Origin: Verrucomicrobiota bacterium
GTDB lineage: Bacteria; Verrucomicrobiota; Verrucomicrobiia; Opitutales; Cerasicoccaceae
Reading direction: 5' to 3'
NCBI GenBank assembly: GCA_039818205.1
Contig: JBCBUK010000004.1
Coordinates: 72,302-136,301, forward strand
DNA length: 64,000 nucleotides
The notes beneath the pieces were generated by a model. It was given only the letters and a program-made list of their open reading frames with translations. It was not told the DNA's origin and made no database searches. The stretch's first letter is position 1. Each line of letters starts with the position of its first letter. Both the position numbers and the translations under genes were made by a program. This document shows positions 57,083-64,000 of this stretch, in pieces.

Positions 57083-58431
57083 TGACGCGTCTGATTACAG
57101 TCAATCTGTTCTGGTTAACGATCGCTCTCGGTCTGTCGGTCTACCTCGGTTGGGCATTGTCTGGCGGGGCGGAGGATGTGGTGATGCCCGGCAAGACGAC
57201 GCATGGACACTATCAGATCGAACTCGATTGCGCGGCCTGCCATACGCCAAGCATGGGCGTTAAACAAGATTCCTGTAACGAGTGCCATGCCGAGGAGCTG
57301 GATCATGTCGACGATTCCCACCCAGTTATCAAGTTTAAGGATCCGCGGAATGCTGAGCGGCTGGAGAAACTGGACGCCCGTTATTGCATTACCTGTCACC
57401 GGGAACATCAACCGGAACTCACCAATACCATGGGCGTTACCTTGCCCAATGACTATTGCTATCATTGCCACCAGTCGATTGCGGAGGAACGCCCGACACA
57501 CGTGGGTCTCGGTTTCGAAACCTGTGCGACTTCAGGCTGCCACAATTTTCACGACAATACGGCGCTCTACGAACGCTTCATGGTTGAGCATTTGGATGAG
57601 CCAGACTTTAAGCCCAACCCGCAGCAACGCATTCGAGATTTCTATGAAGTGCACTATCCCGACCGAGGAGAGCCCTTGGAGTTCGAGCAGGCCAACATGT
57701 CAAGCAGCCTGAATGTAAGTCAGGATATCCTGCACGAGTGGTCTGTGACCTCACATGCGCAAGCGGGAGTTAACTGCCGGGACTGTCATGATGTTGCTAA
57801 CCCAGAAACGGGTGTTGTCAGTTGGGTGGATAAGCCGGATTACCATTCCTGCCAAAAGTGCCACGACTACGAGGTTAAGGGTTTTCTCGAAGGTCGGCAC
57901 GGCATGCGGTTGAATCAAGGACTAAGCCCGATGACGCCGGGAATGGCGCGTTTGCCGATGAAGGCTGAATCGCATCACAGTGAGCTTTCGTGTGTTTCCT
58001 GTCATAGCAGCCATGAGTTCAACACGAGTTTTGCGGCCGTGGATGCCTGTCTCCAATGTCACAACGATCAACACTCGTTGGCCTACAAGGAGTCACCGCA
58101 CTTTCAAGTGTTCCAGCAGGCCCAGGAAGGGATGCGTCCGATTGACGCTGGTGTGAGTTGTGCAACCTGCCACTTGCCACGAGTGGAGGTGTCCGAGTTC
58201 GGCGAAACCAAGGTCCGCGTTGATCACAACCAGAACAATAGTTTGCGTCCTAACGACAAAATGATCCGCGCCGCCTGTATTAACTGCCATGGTCTGCAGT
58301 TTACCCTCAATGCGCTGGCCGACGAGGAATTGATCAAGAATAACTTCCGTGGAGAGCCGACGCCGTTTGTCGAAAGTCTCGAGATGGCTAGGGAAGAAAA
58401 GATCCGAACGGAGGAGGCCAAACGTAGGTAG
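57082..58431 (+). CDS. Membrane-anchored multihaem cytochrome c (10 CxxCH + 1 CxxxxCH)
   Basis: CAACH, CNECH, CITCH, CYHCH, CATSGCH, CRDCH, CQKCH, CVSCH, CLQCH, CATCH, CINCH; N-terminal TM; TGATG coupling to the upstream gene. Confidence 0.92.
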   Translation: MTRLITVNLFWLTIALGLSVYLGWALSGGAEDVVMPGKTTHGHYQIELDCAACHTPSMGVKQDSCNECHAEELDHVDDSHPVIKFKDPRNAERLEKLDARYCITCHREHQPELTNTMGVTLPNDYCYHCHQSIAEERPTHVGLGFETCATSGCHNFHDNTALYERFMVEHLDEPDFKPNPQQRIRDFYEVHYPDRGEPLEFEQANMSSSLNVSQDILHEWSVTSHAQAGVNCRDCHDVANPETGVVSWVDKPDYHSCQKCHDYEVKGFLEGRHGMRLNQGLSPMTPGMARLPMKAESHHSELSCVSCHSSHEFNTSFAAVDACLQCHNDQHSLAYKESPHFQVFQQAQEGMRPIDAGVSCATCHLPRVEVSEFGETKVRVDHNQNNSLRPNDKMIRAACINCHGLQFTLNALADEELIKNNFRGEPTPFVESLEMAREEKIRTEEAKRR

Positions 58432-58503
58432 GGCCGACTATTGGTATTAATCCCGCATTCTTGAAAACTTGACCTTGTGGGCTGAATAACATGAGTTTGG
58501 CCC

Positions 58504-59877
58504 ATGCCAGCGGATATTCTTACGGGCTACAACGTCCACACCGATGCGGATCGGGCAAAGATGCTTGGTGCGATGGGGAAAGAAACCATCGCCGATCTTT
58601 TCACGGAAGTTCCTGAACATTTACGGGTTGATGGCCTGTTGGACTTGCCGCCAGCGATGACCGAGTGGCAGCTTGAGCGGCATATCCGCGAGCTGGCCGG
58701 TCGTAACGATACCACCATCGACCATTTGAGCTTTCTTGGTGGTGGCGCCTACGAACATCACGTTCCGGCCGTGATCGATGCTATTGCAACACGTGGAGAA
58801 TTCCTGACCGCGTATACGCCGTACCAACCGGAAATGGCTCAGGGTATCCTGCGTTTTCTCCATGATTTTCAAATCACCATGGGGCGTCTGCTTGGCTTGC
58901 CGGCGGTAAACTGTTCGGTCTACGATGGTGCAACCGCGCTTGCTGAGTCGGCGTGGATGACCTGTCGCATCACTGGAAAAAAGCATTTGCTCATCGCTGA
59001 ATCCATTTGGGTCGAGTATCAGACGGTGTTGGAAACCTATTTGCGGGGCCGTGGGGTCACGATTGAGGTCGTGCGTTCGGATGAGGAATCGGGTCAAATC
59101 GATTCGGACCATCTATCGGAATGCATCCAATCAGAAACGTCGGCTTTCCTTTTCCAGTCTCCCAACCGCTATGGAGTGGTGGAGAACATGACCCAGATTG
59201 GGAATATTTGCCATGATCAAGGGATCATGAATGTCATGGCGAGCTATCCGATTTTATTTGGCCTGAAAAAGAGTCCGGGAGACTCCGGCGTCGATATTGC
59301 CGTTTGCGAGGGACAGCCGCTCGGTATGCACTTGAACGCAGGTGGGCCTTATCTCGGTATCATCGCAACCAAGACTGAGTTTGAAGGGCACCTTCCGGGC
59401 CGTATCGTTGGGGAGTGCAATGACTTAAAAGGCGAAGACGCTTTGGCGCTGGTTAAGGAAGAACGAGAGCAACACGTCGCCCGGCATGAGGCAACTAGCC
59501 ATATTTGTTCGAATCAAGCAAACCTGGCGCTACGGGCTTTGATTTATCTTTCCCTATTGGGTGAGCGTGGGTTCCGCAACGTTGCTGAACTGAGTGCGCG
59601 GAAGGCACGTTATCTCGAGCAGCGATTAACCGCGGTCGAGGGCGTATCCCGCGTCTTTAGTGGACCGTTTTTCAATGAGTTTTTGTTGAACCTTCCGCGT
59701 CCAGCCGCCGATGTGCTGGCCACCTTACGAGAGCAGAAAATCTTTGGTGGTATACCGATGACTCAGCTCGATCCCGAGGCGCCAGACAATCAACTACTGA
59801 TCGCCGTCACCGAAACGAAGTCACAGGCCGACCTCGACCACATGGTTGAAGTGTTTGCCGCTGCCATTGAAATTTAA
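58504..59877 (+). CDS. gcvPA: Glycine dehydrogenase (decarboxylating) subunit 1-like
   Basis: FLGGGAYEH, EFLTAYTPYQPEMAQG, S.YDGATALAE, REQH..R..ATSHICSNQA, AVTETK. Confidence 0.88.
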   Translation: MPADILTGYNVHTDADRAKMLGAMGKETIADLFTEVPEHLRVDGLLDLPPAMTEWQLERHIRELAGRNDTTIDHLSFLGGGAYEHHVPAVIDAIATRGEFLTAYTPYQPEMAQGILRFLHDFQITMGRLLGLPAVNCSVYDGATALAESAWMTCRITGKKHLLIAESIWVEYQTVLETYLRGRGVTIEVVRSDEESGQIDSDHLSECIQSETSAFLFQSPNRYGVVENMTQIGNICHDQGIMNVMASYPILFGLKKSPGDSGVDIAVCEGQPLGMHLNAGGPYLGIIATKTEFEGHLPGRIVGECNDLKGEDALALVKEEREQHVARHEATSHICSNQANLALRALIYLSLLGERGFRNVAELSARKARYLEQRLTAVEGVSRVFSGPFFNEFLLNLPRPAADVLATLREQKIFGGIPMTQLDPEAPDNQLLIAVTETKSQADLDHMVEVFAAAIEI

Positions 59878-59894
59878 CTCTAAATATCCGAGCC

Positions 59895-61355
59895 ATGACA
59901 CCCGATTCCATCTACACCAAGTCTCGCCCCGGCGTCAGTGGAGCTTCAATTGTTGACCACGATTTTGCTCTGGGCGGTTCGCTCGATGACCTTTGTGCGC
60001 CCGAAGATTTACGGGACCAGCCAATTGGGTTACCCGAGCTTTCCGAGATCGATGTCGTCCGCCACTTCACGAATCTTAGTCGTCAGGCTCATGGAGTTGA
60101 CAATGGACCCTATCCGCTGGGTTCCTGCACAATGAAGTATAATCCAAAGCGGAACGACAAGTTAGCAATGCTTGATGGCTTTGGGAAAGCGCATCCTCAT
60201 CAACCGGCGGATACCTTGAGTGGCGTTTGGGATCTGCTTTGGAAACTGCAAAACGGCATCGCCGAGATCACCGGGATGGATGCGGTTACCTTACAGCCTG
60301 CCGCCGGAGCGCATGGTGAATTTACCGGCTTACTCGTGATGAAAAAGCATTTCGAGAAGCTTGGGGAGAAACGTAAAACAATTTTGATCCCCGATACGGC
60401 CCATGGCACGAATCCGGCAAGTGCTGCGATGTGCGGCTTTACCTGCCGAATTATTCCGACAAACGATAAGGGCTTGATGGACTTGGAATCCTTCGAGGAA
60501 CACCTCAACGATGATGTCGCCGGGTTAATGATTACCAACCCGTCGACGCTGGGGCTCTTCGAAGAGAATATCGAATTGATTGCGGAGAAGATCCACGACA
60601 ATGGCTCGTTGCTCTATTATGATGGCGCCAACTTGAATGCGATCATGGGGTTGATTCGTCCGGGAGACATGGGCTTTGATGTAATCCACATCAATACGCA
60701 CAAGACGCTTTCGACACCTCATGGAGGTGGTGGACCTGGAGCGGGTCCGTGCGGAGTGAAGAAGTTCCTCGAGCCGTATTTACCGACACCCGTTGTTCGC
60801 CCGGTTGATGGTATTCCCCAACCGGATTACGATCGCCCGGAAGCCGTCGGCAAAGTGAAAACGTTCTTTGGCCATATCGAGGTATTGATACGCGCTTATT
60901 GTTATATCTTGGCGAACGGGCCAATCGGTTTGAAGACGGCTACTGAGAACGCCGTTCTGAACGCCAACTATATGAAGCATCAACTAGGCGACCTATTACC
61001 GTCGGTCTTTCCACAGAACTGTATGCATGAGTGCTTGCTGCACGGTGGTTCGTTGGAGGTGCGGGGCGCGGACTTTGTGAAGCGACTGATTGATTTCGGC
61101 GTCCACCCACCGACTTTGGTGGGGGCTGGCTGCGTCCATTTCGCCGAAGAGTTTGATGAGGCCATGTTGATTGAACCTACCGAAACTGAGAGTGTTGTAT
61201 CGCTTGATTTTGTGATCGAGCAGTTTCGAAAAGTTGCTCGCGAAGCGGCAGTTGCCCCTTATATGATTGAGACCGCTCCACACCATGCGAGCACCGCGAA
61301 AGTCATTCACAACGAAGCTGCGTGGATGAGTATTTACGAAGAACCCGAAGACTAG
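59895..61355 (+). CDS. gcvPB: Glycine dehydrogenase (decarboxylating) subunit 2-like
   Basis: YPLGSCTMKYNP, LQPAAGAHGE, AHGTNPASA, NTHKTLSTPHGGGGPG (PLP lysine), IEPTETES. Confidence 0.9.
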   Translation: MTPDSIYTKSRPGVSGASIVDHDFALGGSLDDLCAPEDLRDQPIGLPELSEIDVVRHFTNLSRQAHGVDNGPYPLGSCTMKYNPKRNDKLAMLDGFGKAHPHQPADTLSGVWDLLWKLQNGIAEITGMDAVTLQPAAGAHGEFTGLLVMKKHFEKLGEKRKTILIPDTAHGTNPASAAMCGFTCRIIPTNDKGLMDLESFEEHLNDDVAGLMITNPSTLGLFEENIELIAEKIHDNGSLLYYDGANLNAIMGLIRPGDMGFDVIHINTHKTLSTPHGGGGPGAGPCGVKKFLEPYLPTPVVRPVDGIPQPDYDRPEAVGKVKTFFGHIEVLIRAYCYILANGPIGLKTATENAVLNANYMKHQLGDLLPSVFPQNCMHECLLHGGSLEVRGADFVKRLIDFGVHPPTLVGAGCVHFAEEFDEAMLIEPTETESVVSLDFVIEQFRKVAREAAVAPYMIETAPHHASTAKVIHNEAAWMSIYEEPED

Positions 61356-61361
61356 AGCGTC

Positions 61362-61796
61362 ATGGAAATTCCACCCTTTGAACCACGAAAAGCGAGAATC
61401 CTCGTTGTTGAAGACGTTAAGATGATGCGGGTTATGTTGGCCCGTCACCTCGACCAAGTGGGCTATGAATACCATCATGAGGTTGAGAATGGCCAGGAAG
61501 CCTTGGACTACATTGCGGAGAATCCAGTCGATCTGATTCTGCTCGATATCCAAATGCCGGTATTGGATGGCTACGAAACCTTAAAGGCTATCAAGGCCGA
61601 CCCACGGTATCAGAACATTGCGGTTATCATGGTTACCGCCGTAGATAATATTGAAAGCGTGGCTAAATGCATTCAAGATGGGGCTGACGATTATATGCCA
61701 AAGCTGTTTAATCCGATTCTACTCCCGGCCAAAATCGATACTTCCCTAGAGCTTCGCCACCTGAGGAAGGTTGTTGCCGACGCGAGTGCATCTTAA
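61362..61796 (+). CDS. Single-domain response regulator (receiver)
   Basis: ILVVED, DLILLDIQMP.LDG, MVTA, GADDYMPK. Confidence 0.9.
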   Translation: MEIPPFEPRKARILVVEDVKMMRVMLARHLDQVGYEYHHEVENGQEALDYIAENPVDLILLDIQMPVLDGYETLKAIKADPRYQNIAVIMVTAVDNIESVAKCIQDGADDYMPKLFNPILLPAKIDTSLELRHLRKVVADASAS

Positions 61797-63916
61797 TGAA
61801 GTTGCCTCAAATCCAGTTTCGCAGCCTACGAACGCAGATCATTGTTTGTGTCGCCTTGCCTGTTATCGCGACGATCGTTGCGCTGTCGCTGATTCTACTG
61901 ACGGAATTCTATGCCCAGCTGAAGAAGGGCGCGCTGACCAACATCCGGTTGACTGCTGAGCAAGCAGCCGAAGAAATCGAGAAATCCAATTTGGAGTCGA
62001 TTACCTTTCCGAAGACTATGGCGTTGGCGCAGAAGCATGGTTTGTTTGGTGACCGCACGGCATCGGTTCGATACGCCGAGGAAATGTTGCGCATTCACCC
62101 ACAGTTGACCGGGGCCTACTTCGGTTATGAACCAAACGCCGATGAGCAGGATGCGGAATTCTTGGCCGCCGTGAAACCCTCCGATGCAGGCGCTCTCGAT
62201 GAAGATGGCCGGTTCTTACCTTACTGGTATCGCGATCACGAAGATGATAGCAAGATTCTGCTCACGCCCCTGGTCGACATGGAGACCAGCTATTATTACC
62301 AGGGAGCAAAGAATCGTGCGCTGGGTCAATCGGAGTCGAAGAATATTAAAATGGCTGAGGACAAAGAACTGAGTAAATATTACTCGGACAAAGAGCTGCA
62401 GATGCAAATGAATGACGCTGCTAACTACTTAGCGATGATTACTGAACCCTACGTCTACGAGGGGAAATTAATCGTTGAGCAAACCTATCCGATCATCATC
62501 GATGGCGAGTTTAAGGGCATTGCTGGTGTCGACCGTGCGCTGACTTTTCTGCAGGAATATTTGGAAGCACTGAAACCCTTTGAGACGGCCGAGTTTGTTT
62601 TAATTAGTCGGCGGGGACGAGTAATTGCCGCCACGGTGAATGAGGATTGGAAAACGAAACTCTTCGAGGATTTGCCGATCGGAGATACCTTGCTCGAGTT
62701 TTATAAGATTCGTGGTAACTCAGCGGTGGAGCTCGTCAAAGGTCCCGATGGTGTCGAACGCTTTTATGATTCAGTAAAGGTCCCCACAGGCAATTGGACC
62801 CTCGTGATGAGCGTTGAGAAATCCGAGATTTATGCGCCCTTGATCCTACGGTTGACGTTCATGATTGTGGTAACTGGCATCGGCCTTTTTGTTACGTTAT
62901 ACATCATGGTTTGGCTGGCTAATTCCATCTCGGCACGCCTATCCAATGCGGCGTCGATGGCGAGCCGTGTGGCCGATGGGGACTTGACCGGCAGTATCGA
63001 TGATCAATCGATTGACGAGACCGGCGTTTTGATGCGGGCCATTAAAGCCATGATCAACAATTTGAATCTGTTGATCGGCCAGGTGAAGGGTTCAAGTATT
63101 CAGCTGACTTCGACTGCCACGGCGATTTCATCAAATGCGAAAGCGCAAGAGGTCGCCGTTTGCGAGTTTGAAACATCGACCAATTCCATTGCAGCAGCCG
63201 TGAAAGAAATTTCGACGACCTCGCAGGAGCTTTCAAACACAATGAAAAACGTGACGGCGAAGGCAGATGATACGGCCTCGTTGGCCGATTCTGGGCGTCG
63301 TAGTTTGGAAGAAATGGAAGAGGTGATGGGGAATCTTGCGGAAGCCAACGATGCGATCTCGGAGAAACTCTCGGTCATCAGTGAACGAGCAAATAACGTC
63401 AACCGCATCATCACGACGATCACCACGGTGGCTGATCAGACAAATTTGCTTTCCCTGAATGCCGCAATTGAGGCCGAGAAAGCTGGAGAATACGGCCTTG
63501 GTTTTTCCGTTGTTGCCCGGGAAATTCGCCGCCTGTCAGACCAGACAGCCGTGGCGACTTTAGACATCGAGCAGATGATTACCGAAATGCAGACCTCGGT
63601 CGCCAGTGGAGTGGGGGAGATGGACTCGTTTAGTTCCAAAATGAAACAGAGCGTAACCGGTGTTCAGGAAGTGAGTCGTCAGTTGGTGACAATTATCAAG
63701 CATGTGCAAGAGCTCACCAAGCAGTTTGAATCGGTGCGTCAGGGCATGGATACCCAATCGGTCGGGGCCAAGCATATCGATGAAGCGATGGTCCAACTAA
63801 AGGACGCTGCACAGTCAACGACCCAATCAATTTATGGGTTCAATCGTGCGACGCATGACCTGCAGGATTCGGTCAAGGTGCTCCGCAACGAGGTTGATAA
63901 ATTTAACATGAGTTAG
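61796..63916 (+). CDS. Methyl-accepting chemotaxis protein, WspA-like signalling domain, with Cache-like sensor and HAMP
   Basis: TM1 - periplasmic domain (YFGYEPNA, FLPYW, ITEPY..E, GIAGVD) - TM2 - HAMP (DETG.L) - VADQTNLLSLNAAIEAEKAGEYG.GF.VVA.EIRRL.DQT; TAATG coupling. Confidence 0.92.
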   Translation: MKLPQIQFRSLRTQIIVCVALPVIATIVALSLILLTEFYAQLKKGALTNIRLTAEQAAEEIEKSNLESITFPKTMALAQKHGLFGDRTASVRYAEEMLRIHPQLTGAYFGYEPNADEQDAEFLAAVKPSDAGALDEDGRFLPYWYRDHEDDSKILLTPLVDMETSYYYQGAKNRALGQSESKNIKMAEDKELSKYYSDKELQMQMNDAANYLAMITEPYVYEGKLIVEQTYPIIIDGEFKGIAGVDRALTFLQEYLEALKPFETAEFVLISRRGRVIAATVNEDWKTKLFEDLPIGDTLLEFYKIRGNSAVELVKGPDGVERFYDSVKVPTGNWTLVMSVEKSEIYAPLILRLTFMIVVTGIGLFVTLYIMVWLANSISARLSNAASMASRVADGDLTGSIDDQSIDETGVLMRAIKAMINNLNLLIGQVKGSSIQLTSTATAISSNAKAQEVAVCEFETSTNSIAAAVKEISTTSQELSNTMKNVTAKADDTASLADSGRRSLEEMEEVMGNLAEANDAISEKLSVISERANNVNRIITTITTVADQTNLLSLNAAIEAEKAGEYGLGFSVVAREIRRLSDQTAVATLDIEQMITEMQTSVASGVGEMDSFSSKMKQSVTGVQEVSRQLVTIIKHVQELTKQFESVRQGMDTQSVGAKHIDEAMVQLKDAAQSTTQSIYGFNRATHDLQDSVKVLRNEVDKFNMS

Positions 63917-64000
63917 CCCCAGCTGGAAGCCTCGGCTGGTTTGAAAGTGCGTATCGGGCTGAGTTTTGCTGCCATCATTTCCCGGTTGCACGTTGGCGGG

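Noticed and set aside
57082..58431. Calling the multihaem protein NrfA or HAO
   Set aside because: No CxxCK motif, the wrong haem number, and no motif at the P460-equivalent position.

Overview
A gene-dense bacterial chromosomal segment of about 55% GC (estimated by eye). A PEP-CTERM protein, the dnaB-bamA-skp-lpxD order, DUF1800/DUF1501 and a histone H1-like protein suggest Verrucomicrobiota (Opitutae-like); this is inference. Housekeeping content: cysC-cysD-cysN, 5-oxoprolinase/hydantoinase, aminotransferase, argA, xerD, hemW, lnt, prs, lpxD, skp, bamA, dnaB, folB/folP, an aldehyde dehydrogenase and gcvPA/gcvPB. The most striking accessory locus (53.0-58.4 kb) is an NsrR-like regulator, with a matching operator-like inverted repeat, ahead of a five-gene redox operon. 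The operon encodes a DUF3365 haem lipoprotein, a cytochrome c5, a truncated globin, a NirB-like NADH/FAD/[2Fe-2S] module fused to a His-bearing membrane domain instead of the sirohaem domain, and an 11-haem cytochrome with an HAO-like core that appears to lack the catalytic-haem motif. Other notable items: a histone deacetylase next to a pure Lys/Ala/Val/Thr H1-like protein, an orphan integron-cassette-like gene with an attC-like site, tandem lipase paralogues with a half-gene homogenised tract, oleAB without oleCD, a structured intergenic region ahead of an atypical ABC transporter-folP-folB operon, and gcvP genes tightly linked to a receiver protein and a WspA-like chemoreceptor. No rRNA, tRNA, CRISPR array, transposase or prophage was seen. 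All family calls come from motif recognition, not database searches.
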